In this document: positions 24,891 to 35,187 of the stretch, piece by piece
Layout: each line of letters starts with the position of its first letter
Numbering within the stretch: position 1 is the first letter of the stretch
IMG/VR virus record: IMGVR_UViG_3300025832_000001
Direction: 5' to 3' (one strand)
Length of the DNA: 64,000 nt
From: a virus
Notes under the pieces: model-generated
What the model was told of the DNA's origin: nothing
Seen by the model: only the letters and a program-made list of their open reading frames with translations
The model's database searches: none
Position numbers and translations under genes: made by a program

Positions 24891-26102
24891 ATGTCAGAAA
24901 CAAAAACAAATGAACCTGTTAAACAGGAAGGTGAGTTTAAATTAAAAAAGAAAACACCTAAAAAATTAGGGATTACCAATAATGATCCCGTTAAAGTAGA
25001 TTTAACTAAACCAGAAGCAACAGGGGAAGTAGTTCCTGATGTTGTTAAGGTTGATATACCTAAAGACGATGCCATTCAAATCGGAGAAACAGAGAAAGTG
25101 GATGTGGGCGAACAAGCCGGAGATAGCACTAAAGTGGACAAACAAGTACAAGAGTCCACTGAAGATGCTCAAGAGTCTTCACCAATCCAAGAAATAATAG
25201 AAGAAGATAAAGATAAAGTAAAAGAGATTAAAAAAGAGATTGTTGAAGCTAAACAAGAGCAACAAATTCTTAATAAACCTTTACCTGAAAACATCGAAAA
25301 ATTAATTGACTTCATGGAATCTACTGGTGGTACAGTAGAAGATTATGTAGCATTAAATAAAGATTACTCATCTCTTGATAGTGCACAGCTATTAAGTGAG
25401 TATTATAAAAAAACAAAACCACATTTAGATCAAGAAGAAATAAATTTTCTAATGGAAGATGCTTTTAACTTTGACGAAGATGTGGACGAAGCAAGAGAGA
25501 TTCGTAAGAAAAAACTTGCATATAAAGAAGAAGTTGCAAAAGCTAAAAGCTATTTAGAAAGTTCAAAAAGTAAATATTACGAGGAAATCAAGTTGAAACC
25601 AAGTGCCACTGGAGAACAAAAAGAAGCTTTAAACTTTTACAACAACTATAAGCAACAACAAGAGCTTGCAACTAAATTACATGGTGATTTTAGAGACAAT
25701 ACTAAAAAATTATTTTCTTCAGACTTCAAAGGTTTTGATTTTAACGTAGGAGATAAAAAATTTAGATATGGAGTAAAAGACCCTGTTAAGGTTGGTGAAA
25801 CTCAATCTGATGTACAAAACTTTGTTAGTAGATTTTCTAATGATGAAGGTCAAATTGTAGATCAAAAAGGGTATCATAAAGCAATGTATGCTGCGATGAA
25901 CGCTGATAAACTAGCTCATCATTTTTATGAACAAGGGAAAGCTGATGGCATTAAAAATGTTATTAGTAGCTCTAAAAATCCTTCAAAAGACGGACCGAGG
26001 CAAGTTGCTGATGGAAATGTTTTTATAAACGGGTTAAAAGTAAAATCAATTAGTGGTTTAGATTCATCAAAATTAAAAATCAAAACAAAAAAATTTAACT
26101 AA
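24891..26102 (+). CDS. Scaffolding protein (putative)
   Basis: 403 aa, very rich in E/K/D with predicted coiled coil. Lies between the portal and capsid genes. Confidence 0.5.
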   Translation: MSETKTNEPVKQEGEFKLKKKTPKKLGITNNDPVKVDLTKPEATGEVVPDVVKVDIPKDDAIQIGETEKVDVGEQAGDSTKVDKQVQESTEDAQESSPIQEIIEEDKDKVKEIKKEIVEAKQEQQILNKPLPENIEKLIDFMESTGGTVEDYVALNKDYSSLDSAQLLSEYYKKTKPHLDQEEINFLMEDAFNFDEDVDEAREIRKKKLAYKEEVAKAKSYLESSKSKYYEEIKLKPSATGEQKEALNFYNNYKQQQELATKLHGDFRDNTKKLFSSDFKGFDFNVGDKKFRYGVKDPVKVGETQSDVQNFVSRFSNDEGQIVDQKGYHKAMYAAMNADKLAHHFYEQGKADGIKNVISSSKNPSKDGPRQVADGNVFINGLKVKSISGLDSSKLKIKTKKFN

Positions 26103-26117
26103 TTAAAATTACAAATT

Positions 26118-27602
26118 ATGGCTTTAACTCCTCAATTTGGTTCGATAGTACCATCGCAAGCTCAACAAACTCTTGCGAGTAATTATCTACAATTTGACAA
26201 TGGCACGAACGATTTCGCACAACAATACTTACCTGAGCTTTATGAGCAAGAGGTAGAAAGATATGGTAACAGAACGTTATCAGGATTTTTACGTATGGTT
26301 GGAGCAGAAATGCCGATGACATCTGATCAAGTTATTTGGTCTGAACAAAACAGACTACACATTTCATACGATAACTGTACAGTTGCTGGTGCTGCCGGTG
26401 CTGCTGCAACTATCACAATCCCTGTTACAGCTGCTAACGCTGCTGTACCAGTACTAAACGTTATTTCTCCACTATCAACTATTGTTGTAATGGATGACTT
26501 TGGAAACGAAGTAAAATGTTTAGTTACTTCTTCTGACACACGCGCTGCCGGTGGTGGTGGTAACCCAGGAAGATTAATAGTTGAACCTTACCAAGGTGCT
26601 AACCTTGCTGCTAGCGGTATTGCTAACGGTAATCCAGTTAAGATCTTTGTATATGGTTCTGACTTTCAAAAAGGAAGTAGTACGTTAAATGCTCCTCAAG
26701 GCGCTAACGTTGGAGCTTCAGCTGCTAACCCTATGGTTACTGTTGATCCTGCATTTACTACTTTTTCTAACTCTCCAATAATCTTAAGAAGCCAATACAC
26801 AATCAATGGTTCTGACACTGCTCAGATCGGTTGGGTAGAAGTTTCTACTGAAGATGGAACTGGAGGTTATTTATGGTATCTAAAAGCTGAGTCTGAAACA
26901 AGACTAAGATTTGAAGATTACTTAGAAATGGCAATGGTTGAAGGTGAACTTAACGCAGGCGCTGCTGGTGTACCAGCTGCTAATCCTGGAACTGAAGGTT
27001 TATTTGCTGCTATTCAAAATGGCGGTAACGTTGAAGTAGGTTTCACTGCTGCTGCTGGTTTAGATTCATTTGATGACATTCTTAAAAACCTTGACACTCA
27101 AGGAGCTATTGAAGAAAACATGTTATTCTTAAACAGAGCCACTGCTCTTGATTTTGATGATATGTTAGCTGGTATCTCTGGAGGTTTTGCAGGTGGTGTA
27201 GCTTTCGGTTTATTCGAAAACTCTGAAGAAATGGCATTAAACTTAGGATTCTCTGGATTTAGAAGAGGTTCTTATGATTTCTATAAAACAGATTGGAAAT
27301 ACTTAAACGACGCTTCAACGCGTGGTGCAATGACTGGTCCTGCTTCTATCGAAGGAGTATTAGTTCCTGCAGGTACTTCTACTGTTTATGACCAAATCTT
27401 AGGTACAAACATTAGACGTCCTTTCTTACATGTAAGATATAGAGCTTCTCAAGCTGATGACAGAAGAATGAAATCATGGTTAACTGGTTCAGTTGGTGGT
27501 GCATTCACATCTTCATTAGATGCAATGGAGGTAAACTTCTTATCTGAAAGATGTTTAGTAACTCAAGCTAGAAACAACTTTGTATTATTCAAAGGGATCT
27601 AA
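26118..27602 (+). CDS. Major capsid protein (putative)
   Basis: 494 aa, rich in A/G/T/V. Follows the scaffold gene. Codon choice differs from its neighbours (many GCT/GGT/ACT codons). Followed by the clearest intrinsic terminator on the + arm. Confidence 0.6.
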   Translation: MALTPQFGSIVPSQAQQTLASNYLQFDNGTNDFAQQYLPELYEQEVERYGNRTLSGFLRMVGAEMPMTSDQVIWSEQNRLHISYDNCTVAGAAGAAATITIPVTAANAAVPVLNVISPLSTIVVMDDFGNEVKCLVTSSDTRAAGGGGNPGRLIVEPYQGANLAASGIANGNPVKIFVYGSDFQKGSSTLNAPQGANVGASAANPMVTVDPAFTTFSNSPIILRSQYTINGSDTAQIGWVEVSTEDGTGGYLWYLKAESETRLRFEDYLEMAMVEGELNAGAAGVPAANPGTEGLFAAIQNGGNVEVGFTAAAGLDSFDDILKNLDTQGAIEENMLFLNRATALDFDDMLAGISGGFAGGVAFGLFENSEEMALNLGFSGFRRGSYDFYKTDWKYLNDASTRGAMTGPASIEGVLVPAGTSTVYDQILGTNIRRPFLHVRYRASQADDRRMKSWLTGSVGGAFTSSLDAMEVNFLSERCLVTQARNNFVLFKGI

Positions 27603-27623
27603 TTGATTCAACAAATGTAATTC

Positions 27624-27655
27624 TTACCCTCGTTGTATTAACGGGGGTAATTATT
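27624..27655 (+). terminator. Rho-independent terminator after the capsid gene
   Basis: Stem TTACCCTCG (27624-27632) pairs with CGGGGGTAA (27642-27650), giving 9 bp with one G-U. Loop is 9 nt and TTATT follows. Confidence 0.6.
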
Positions 27656-27688
27656 ACCCTTATTAAAATTATTTAATTATATTATATT

Positions 27689-28459
27689 ATGAAAAAAACT
27701 AAAGAATTACCTAGTCATGAAAAAGGCTGGGAAATAAAGGATAGACATTATTATTTAACGGGTAACAAAAGTCCGTTGACATTAACTATACCTAGTAAGC
27801 ATACAAAAAAACACGCTTTATTATTTTACGACGAGCAAAAAGGAATGCAAAGAGAGCTGCGTTACGCAACGAACCAATCCTCTGTTTTCGTAGATGAACA
27901 ATTAGGTGAAGCCACTATGGGTCACATAACTTTTAAAGATGGTGTTTTAACTGTTAAAAAAAATCAACAGAACTTACAAAAAATGTTATCACTATATCAC
28001 CCTTTATTAAATGGTATATATAGAGAACACGATAAAGTTGAAGTTGCAATAGATGAGTTAGCTAATATTGAGTTAGAAATAGATGCTTTAAACTCAGCTA
28101 AACAAATGGATATAGAACATCAAGAAGCTATATTAAGAGTAGAACTTGGTAGTCAAGTAAGTAAAATGAACTCAAAAGAAATTAAAAGAGATTTACTTCT
28201 ATTTGCTAAACAAAACCCAAGCACTTTCTTAGCTTTAGCTAACGATGAAAATGTTCAACTTAGAAATTTTGCTATTAAAGCAACTGAAGTAAACATAATT
28301 AAATTATCTGCAGATCAAAGAACTTTCACATGGGGTTCCAACGGTAAAAAATTAATGACCGTTCCTTTTGACGAAAATCCATATTCAGCTTTTGCTGCAT
28401 ATTTAAAGACTGATGAAGGTGTAGAGATATATAAATCTATAGATAAAAAAATAAATTAA
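27689..28459 (+). CDS. Hypothetical protein (head-associated by position)
   Basis: 256 aa ORF after the capsid terminator. Confidence 0.45.
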   Translation: MKKTKELPSHEKGWEIKDRHYYLTGNKSPLTLTIPSKHTKKHALLFYDEQKGMQRELRYATNQSSVFVDEQLGEATMGHITFKDGVLTVKKNQQNLQKMLSLYHPLLNGIYREHDKVEVAIDELANIELEIDALNSAKQMDIEHQEAILRVELGSQVSKMNSKEIKRDLLLFAKQNPSTFLALANDENVQLRNFAIKATEVNIIKLSADQRTFTWGSNGKKLMTVPFDENPYSAFAAYLKTDEGVEIYKSIDKKIN

Positions 28460-28500
28460 CAAGTGATTATAATAATAGGTGATCACTTGTGTGGTCACCT
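28460..28500 (+). promoter_or_regulatory. Two mutually exclusive hairpins
   Basis: Hairpin A pairs CAAGTGAT (28460-67) with ATCACTTG (28482-89): 8 bp, 14-nt loop. Hairpin B pairs AGGTGATCAC (28477-86) with GTGGTCACCT (28491-500): 10 bp with one G-U, loop TTGT. They share 28482-86. No U-tract follows either. Confidence 0.4.
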
Positions 28501-28522
28501 AATATTAATACAATAATAACTT

Positions 28523-29740
28523 ATGGCAATTAACGTAAATACAGTATACACAACTGTCTTGTCTATTTTAAATAAAGAACAAAGAGGATACATAACGCCT
28601 GATGAGTTTAATAAATTAGCTACACAAGTACAGTTAGAAATATTCGAAAACTATTTTGAGGATTATAATCAACTATTAAGAATACCACAGACTGACACAG
28701 AATACGTTAATAGACAAAGAAATTATAATACAGCAATATCTATATTTAAACAATTTGGTACAACAACAAGTGTTCCTGTAGGATTAGTAAGATCACTAAG
28801 TATAACTAATGCTGGATCTGGCTATTCAGGAGCAACAAATAGAGCTACCACAGATGTGGGTGCTGGTAGTGGTTTAACTGTTGATATTGAAACTGTAGTT
28901 CCAGGATTTTCAGTTATAAATGCGGGTCAAAACTATACTAACGGTATAAACTTAGCGACAACAACAGGTGGTGGTGGAACTGGCTTAACAGTGAATATAA
29001 ACAGTGTTGGGGTTTCAGGTAATATTACTGGTATAACAATAAACCAACCCGGTACAGGTTATGCTAATGGCAACGAAATATTAACTATAGTACAAGCTGG
29101 GCAAACAGGTACTCAATGTACTATAAAATTAAGCTCACCTAGTATTGGTGCTATACAAAACATAACAGCAAATAATGGTGGTAGTGGTTATAGCGTGGGA
29201 GATGTTATCGGTGTTACTGGTCCGGGAACATTAGCTACAGCTACAGTGACTTCTGTTAATACATCATTATACTTTCTTCCCCCGTCAAATACACATAGGA
29301 TCGGTACTGTTATATTTAAAGATAAAGAAATACAAAGAGTTGATAGAAACGAACTTCTTTATTTAAACCTATCCCCAATAACAAAACCTTCCGAAACTTT
29401 CCCTATTTATACATATGAGCAGTCCACTATTGGAACTAGCGGTGATGACACAGGTCAACAACATATATACGTTTATCCTGAATCTATAACAACAGCTAGT
29501 GACGTGACCGTAAGTTATATAAGAAAACCTAATAATGTTGTGTGGGGCTTTACCACTGGAACTTTAGGTCAATACATTTATAATAAATCTTTGTCAACTC
29601 AATTTGAATTATCTAATATAGAACAAACAGAGGTTATATTAAGAATATTAGCTTATGCAGGTGTTGTTATTAGAGATCCTCAAGTAGTACAAATAGCATC
29701 TCAAGCAATTCAAGCAGAAGAAACAAACTCTAAATCATAA
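28523..29740 (+). CDS. Virion protein with four ~30-aa GxGY repeats
   Basis: 405 aa. Contains ITNAGSGYSGA...GSGLTVDIETV, VINAGQNYTNG...GTGLTVNINSV, ITINQPGTGYANG...GTQCTIKLSS and ITANNGGSGYSVG...GTLATATVTSV (about nt 28798-29260). Confidence 0.5.
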   Translation: MAINVNTVYTTVLSILNKEQRGYITPDEFNKLATQVQLEIFENYFEDYNQLLRIPQTDTEYVNRQRNYNTAISIFKQFGTTTSVPVGLVRSLSITNAGSGYSGATNRATTDVGAGSGLTVDIETVVPGFSVINAGQNYTNGINLATTTGGGGTGLTVNINSVGVSGNITGITINQPGTGYANGNEILTIVQAGQTGTQCTIKLSSPSIGAIQNITANNGGSGYSVGDVIGVTGPGTLATATVTSVNTSLYFLPPSNTHRIGTVIFKDKEIQRVDRNELLYLNLSPITKPSETFPIYTYEQSTIGTSGDDTGQQHIYVYPESITTASDVTVSYIRKPNNVVWGFTTGTLGQYIYNKSLSTQFELSNIEQTEVILRILAYAGVVIRDPQVVQIASQAIQAEETNSKS

Positions 29741-29746
29741 TAAATC

Positions 29747-31006
29747 ATGGCAGGTAGCGTAATCAAACCTCAACCGCAAGACGGACTTATACAGGAAACT
29801 GGTCAACAATACTTTCAAGGTACTCAACCTTTTAAAGGTACTAACACTGCTGGTCAAGTATTAAAAACCACATTTAACACTGATTTAATTTTTTATGATT
29901 CTACGCCTGGTACAGAAAACTATGCGTTAAATAATTTTAAGATATACACTAGTTCGAGTGCAATTCCAGGAAGTTGGACAGAAAAAACAACTAATTATAC
30001 TGTTAATGGTAATGATATAACATTTACTACAGCAAGTTCTGACTACATAGTAGTACAATTAAAAATACTAGATGGTGGTAAGTATGGCAATACAGTTGAT
30101 CAAAAAGCTTTTGGTCAAACAGTTGAAGATAACTATGGAGGTTATCAATATGTAAAATTGCAGGATATTGTAAATAATTTTATAGTAGCCTTTGTTGGTG
30201 AGGGAAAACTTATATTAGATGTAAAAAGAACTGATATTATTTTTCACGCAAAAAGAGCTATACAAGAATTTAGCTATGATACTTTAAAGAGTATCAAATC
30301 TTCTGAATTATCAATACCAAATAGTTTAACTTTAGTTTTACCACAGGATTATGTTAATTACGTTAAGCTTTCGTGGGTTGATCAACTAGGTGTTTTAAGA
30401 CCTATATACCCAACAAATAACTTAACTACAAGTCCTTACAATACTCAAATACAAGACTCATCAGGTATACCTACACAAGATAATTATGGTAATGATGTTG
30501 AAGGAACTTCTCAAACACAAGAAAGGTGGCATAATAGTAATATTGGTTTAATCAACGGTGATTTAAATTCAAACAATTTTACTAATGAAATGTGGGCTTA
30601 TAATTGGGATTATGGTGGTGATTTCTTTGGCGGTAGCTGGGGACAAATGTTTGGTTTAGAACCACAGACTAGTCAAGTAAATGGTTGGTTTAACATGAAT
30701 GAAAGAGAAGGTAAGGTTTCTTTTTCGAGTAACTTAAAAGATAAGTTAATTATATTTGAATATATATCAGATGGTTTAGCTACTGATATGGACACTAGAG
30801 TACCTAAGCTAGCTGAAGATGCTATGTATTCATATATAACACATGCTGTAATAGCTAGCAGAATTGGTCAACCAGAATATATAGTACAAAGATTAAAAAG
30901 AGAAAAAAGTGCAAAGCTTAGAAATGCAAAAATAAGATTATCTAATATTAAACTTGATGAGATAGTTCAAGTAATGAGAGGTAAGTCTAAATGGTTAAAA
31001 CATTAA
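29747..31006 (+). CDS. Hypothetical structural protein (tail/adaptor candidate)
   Basis: 419 aa ORF in the structural block. Confidence 0.45.
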   Translation: MAGSVIKPQPQDGLIQETGQQYFQGTQPFKGTNTAGQVLKTTFNTDLIFYDSTPGTENYALNNFKIYTSSSAIPGSWTEKTTNYTVNGNDITFTTASSDYIVVQLKILDGGKYGNTVDQKAFGQTVEDNYGGYQYVKLQDIVNNFIVAFVGEGKLILDVKRTDIIFHAKRAIQEFSYDTLKSIKSSELSIPNSLTLVLPQDYVNYVKLSWVDQLGVLRPIYPTNNLTTSPYNTQIQDSSGIPTQDNYGNDVEGTSQTQERWHNSNIGLINGDLNSNNFTNEMWAYNWDYGGDFFGGSWGQMFGLEPQTSQVNGWFNMNEREGKVSFSSNLKDKLIIFEYISDGLATDMDTRVPKLAEDAMYSYITHAVIASRIGQPEYIVQRLKREKSAKLRNAKIRLSNIKLDEIVQVMRGKSKWLKH

Positions 31007-31011
31007 ATTAA

Positions 31012-34000
31012 ATGGCTGAAGTTAAAAATGCTTTTATAGCTTCTAAAATGAACAAAGATCTTGATGCAAGACTTGTTCCGTCAGGAGAATACAGAAATGC
31101 AATAAACGCTCAGATTAGTAGATCTGAAGGAGCAGATGTGGGTGCTTTAGAAAACGTTTTAGGTAATCAGCTTAAAGTAGATTTTTCTTTATTAGTTTCT
31201 TTGCCATCAGGTACTTTAAAAACAATAGGTACTTATGTAGATGAGATTAATAATTTTATATATGTTTTTTTAACTAACCACACAGGTAGCACTTATAGCA
31301 CTACGGCTAAAAATTATATATTTAGATACGATGTTTTAAGTGGTACATCTGTTAAACTTGTAGAAGGTGCTTTTTTAAATTTTTCTACACAAAATAAAAT
31401 ATACGGTATAAATGTCTTAGAAGATTTTTTATTTTTTACTGACAATAGAAATCAACCTAGAAAAATTAATACAGTAATAGCGGCTGGATATGGAAATCCT
31501 TATGACAGTGAAGATACAATAAGTGTAGCTAAAATTAACCCATATCAACCAATACAGCTTTATCAAAAAATAACATCTAGCATAGCTAGTGAGTTTACGG
31601 CACCATCAACAGATCAAGCTATAAATAGCTATCAAACTACTATGCAAAATGTTAGTGATGAAAAACTACCCGATGGCACTAGTAACAATCCTTATTATGA
31701 TTCTAATTTTGTTGGTGATACAGAGTTATTAGATGACAAGTTTATTAGATTTTCTTATAGGTTTAAATTTAAAGACGGAGAATACTCTTTATTAGCTCCT
31801 TTTACTCAAGTAGCTTTTATACCTAAACAAGATGGTTATTTTTTATATGATGCTTCGGATAACATAAACGATATGAACGATGCTTTACAAAGTACAGTTG
31901 TTCAGTTTATGGAAAATAAAGTAGATAAAATACAGTTAATAATTCCTATGCCATTAAACGAAGTTGGTGCTTCTTTAACAACCGGTACTATTAGTAGTTC
32001 TTTAGATATTGATGAAATAGATATTATATATAAAGAATCTGGAAATTTATCTATACAACTAGTAGATACTATAACATCAGATCAACTAACGGGAACATCT
32101 ACTTTTTATAATTATTCTTACAATTCTACTAAACCTTGGAAAACTCTTCCGCCATCAGAATTAACTAGAGTGTACGACAAAGTACCTGTTAAAGCTTTAG
32201 CTCAAGAAGTTACAAGTAATAGAATTGTTTACGGTAATTATCAAAACAAACACACTTCTCCAGAGTCATTAGATTATAATTTAGCAGCAACATTTAAAAG
32301 TGCCTTCGCTGTGAATACAGGTGCTAATGAAGTAACTAATACCACTAGCATCGTAGAATATCCTAACAGTACTTTAAAGCAAAATAGAAATTATCAAGTT
32401 GGTTTTGTTTTATCAGATAGATACGGAAGATCTTCTTCTGTCATATTATCTAATGCTGATGACAATGTACAATCAGGTGGAATTAATTATGGTGGATCGA
32501 CTTTATATTTACCGTATAGAGATGCTTCACTTCAAACCGAAACTTTTCCAGGCGATTCTTTAAAGGTTATATTAAATTCTTCTATAGGTCCAGCGGATCC
32601 TAACCCATCAACTAATTGGCCTGGTATATATAACGGAGACAAAACAAGTTCTGATTATAATCCTTTAGGTTGGTATTCTTACAAGATAGTTGTAAAACAA
32701 ACAGAACAAGATTACTACAATGTATATCTTCCCGGTGTTATAGCTGGACAACCTAAAACATCTGAAGACAATGGTGATGAAAATGAAAACACTTTATCTC
32801 ATACCGTCTTGCTAAATGATAATATAAATAAAGTACCTAGAGATTTAACAGAAGTCGGACCGCAACAAAAACAATTTAGAAGTTCAGTTCGTTTATTCCC
32901 AAGAGTAATAAACACAAACAAAGTTCCAACAAACAATACCGCTAATACTCAGTACACTATAGGTGAAGGTAACAAGCAATTTCAAACATCGCAAAAGGGT
33001 TTAACTGTTTCCACGATATCAAATCTTAGAGATTTATTTGATTACGATCCAATTAATCCACCCGTGCCAGATCAATTTCCTCAATTTTATTTATATGATT
33101 CTAATCCATTAATTGCTAGATTAAGTACAGAAAATAAATTAGGTGAATTAGCGGACTTTACGACTCCTTCCGGTAATAAGTCCTACGAGGCTGGTAGTAC
33201 TATTTTTGGTACACCATTTTTTCCTTTAAGTACTAACTGTAATGATGGTGTTGTTGATGACACAACCTCTTATTTTGCATCATCAAACACACCAGCGTTT
33301 GTAACAGGTACACAGGGTCTACCAACAACATATGTATCCACTAATCTTTTTGAGGCAAATTGGGTTGGTGGTCCAACAGGAATAAATATTTCTGGATGGA
33401 AACTAGATTGTACAGCCACTGGAGCTTCAACTAACCCTGCTGGTACTAATAAAAAGAATTGGTTATTGTTTGATGATGATACTCAAATACCTGTTGGAAA
33501 GCAAGTTAAAATAACTGGTAGACGTGGTGGTATAAACCCTGGAATACAGCAACTATCTGTAATGGAAACAGATGCTGTAGATTCTTTAATTGATATATAC
33601 TATGAAACAACATCAGCTGGATTAATAACAGATATAAACAACGTAACCGCTACAGACACTGGTGCGGCAACTGCTTTATCTGGATTTGTACCCGTAGGTT
33701 TTAATGAAGGAATTGCTCTTAATGCTAGTGTTTTTAATGCTAGTAGTGGTGTTAAAGCTTTAAACGCGGCAAATCAAGTTATACCTACTGCAGATACTAC
33801 TCCATCTGGATCTAACACTGTTGTATTTGCTATGACAAGCGTTATGAATAACGAATCAACACCAGCTAATGTAACAAGTTATTTTTCAAACTGGACTGGT
33901 AACCAAGCAACTGGTTTTACTGTAACTATAAATCAAGATTTCTTAAACAATGTTTGGTATGGTAGCAATGTAGGTCAAAGAACTTTTATATTTAACTTTA

Positions 34001-34767
34001 CTGTTTCTGTAAACGGCTTTAATAACTCTACGTCATTTTCAAGAACTATAGACTTAGAAAATATAAATCCTATATTATGTCCTAATGGAAACGCTATAGA
34101 CGTAAATTTAAGTGTATCAGCTAGCCAGATAACAAACATTGTAGCTAAAAACGGAGCAAGTCCTTGTGTGGCTAACGGTAATTTAAACTCAGGTAGAGAT
34201 ATCACATGGAGTATTATTTCAGCCGTAGGAGCCAACGGTAATAGTTATGTAAATAGATTTTCAATAGCTAGCACAGCTACAAATCTACAATCTACCGCTA
34301 CGCTTAGTAGAAGTATGGGTGGTAATTTTATTACTCAAAATTATACTGTAACAGTTAGAGCCAGTGATCCAGGTGGCTCAACAGATCAAGTAGTTAATAT
34401 AACTATGGGTAACACGCCTCAATACGTTAAAGACCATGTTTTAACATTAGTATTAGCAGGTGAAAGTCAAGGTGATGATTTCGAATGTACCATAATAAGT
34501 ATAAATGATAGTACCACAGCAAATAATGGGTGGTATATTTTTGATTACGAATGGGATACTTTAAATAACTCTAATCCAATATTACTAGATAGAACTAATG
34601 CTTGTACTGGTAATTGCTCTCAGTTTAGTGGTGAGTGGTTTTTTAGTTCAACAAGTCAATCTGATGCTTTAGACTTATGGGAGGCGTCTAAACCAAGCGG
34701 ATCTTACGCTGGCTCAACTACTACCACCATAAACATAGGATCAAACTATCAGTTTGCTATTGTGTAA
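31012..34767 (+). CDS. Large structural protein (tail/nozzle candidate)
   Basis: 1251 aa, rich in N/T/S. No enzymatic motif seen. Confidence 0.5.
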   Translation: MAEVKNAFIASKMNKDLDARLVPSGEYRNAINAQISRSEGADVGALENVLGNQLKVDFSLLVSLPSGTLKTIGTYVDEINNFIYVFLTNHTGSTYSTTAKNYIFRYDVLSGTSVKLVEGAFLNFSTQNKIYGINVLEDFLFFTDNRNQPRKINTVIAAGYGNPYDSEDTISVAKINPYQPIQLYQKITSSIASEFTAPSTDQAINSYQTTMQNVSDEKLPDGTSNNPYYDSNFVGDTELLDDKFIRFSYRFKFKDGEYSLLAPFTQVAFIPKQDGYFLYDASDNINDMNDALQSTVVQFMENKVDKIQLIIPMPLNEVGASLTTGTISSSLDIDEIDIIYKESGNLSIQLVDTITSDQLTGTSTFYNYSYNSTKPWKTLPPSELTRVYDKVPVKALAQEVTSNRIVYGNYQNKHTSPESLDYNLAATFKSAFAVNTGANEVTNTTSIVEYPNSTLKQNRNYQVGFVLSDRYGRSSSVILSNADDNVQSGGINYGGSTLYLPYRDASLQTETFPGDSLKVILNSSIGPADPNPSTNWPGIYNGDKTSSDYNPLGWYSYKIVVKQTEQDYYNVYLPGVIAGQPKTSEDNGDENENTLSHTVLLNDNINKVPRDLTEVGPQQKQFRSSVRLFPRVINTNKVPTNNTANTQYTIGEGNKQFQTSQKGLTVSTISNLRDLFDYDPINPPVPDQFPQFYLYDSNPLIARLSTENKLGELADFTTPSGNKSYEAGSTIFGTPFFPLSTNCNDGVVDDTTSYFASSNTPAFVTGTQGLPTTYVSTNLFEANWVGGPTGINISGWKLDCTATGASTNPAGTNKKNWLLFDDDTQIPVGKQVKITGRRGGINPGIQQLSVMETDAVDSLIDIYYETTSAGLITDINNVTATDTGAATALSGFVPVGFNEGIALNASVFNASSGVKALNAANQVIPTADTTPSGSNTVVFAMTSVMNNESTPANVTSYFSNWTGNQATGFTVTINQDFLNNVWYGSNVGQRTFIFNFTVSVNGFNNSTSFSRTIDLENINPILCPNGNAIDVNLSVSASQITNIVAKNGASPCVANGNLNSGRDITWSIISAVGANGNSYVNRFSIASTATNLQSTATLSRSMGGNFITQNYTVTVRASDPGGSTDQVVNITMGNTPQYVKDHVLTLVLAGESQGDDFECTIISINDSTTANNGWYIFDYEWDTLNNSNPILLDRTNACTGNCSQFSGEWFFSSTSQSDALDLWEASKPSGSYAGSTTTTINIGSNYQFAIV

Positions 34768-35162
34768 TGAAATTGTATAGTAAAAAAGAAATAGATATCT
34801 ATATAAAAAAATTGTTACAATTAAAATGGGCTAATTATGATGTATATTTAGTAGGTGGTGCAATTTATAAACAAGAAACAAAAGATATAGATATATGTAT
34901 TGTTGGGTCTAGTGATTCAAATAAAGTTTCTAAATTAATAGAACAAAGTAGAAAGTTAGGTCCATTTGATATTTATTATTGTAATGAAGATCAAATAGGT
35001 AATCAAAAACCACGTGCTGCTAAATCTTATGATAGAGGTCATATCAAAGCAAAACAAAGAAAAGGTGAATGGATTGATGGATTATTCTGGCAATATTTAG
35101 ACTTTTCGTATAAAAAATTTAATCCAAAACCACTATTAATATATAAAGGTAGCGGAAGTTAA
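34767..35162 (+). CDS. Minimal Pol-beta-superfamily nucleotidyltransferase
   Basis: 131 aa. YLVGGAIYKQETKDIDICIVG has a G-G pair (34854-59), an 8-residue spacer and D-I-D (34884-92), so it closely approximates the hG[GS]-x(9-13)-Dh[DE]h signature. It also resembles the LVGGAVRD....DIDI head motif of CCA-adding/poly(A) polymerase enzymes. Its ATG overlaps the upstream TAA by 1 nt. Confidence 0.5.
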   Translation: MKLYSKKEIDIYIKKLLQLKWANYDVYLVGGAIYKQETKDIDICIVGSSDSNKVSKLIEQSRKLGPFDIYYCNEDQIGNQKPRAAKSYDRGHIKAKQRKGEWIDGLFWQYLDFSYKKFNPKPLLIYKGSGS

Positions 35163-35187
35163 TAAAAAAATAAGTAACTATATTAAT

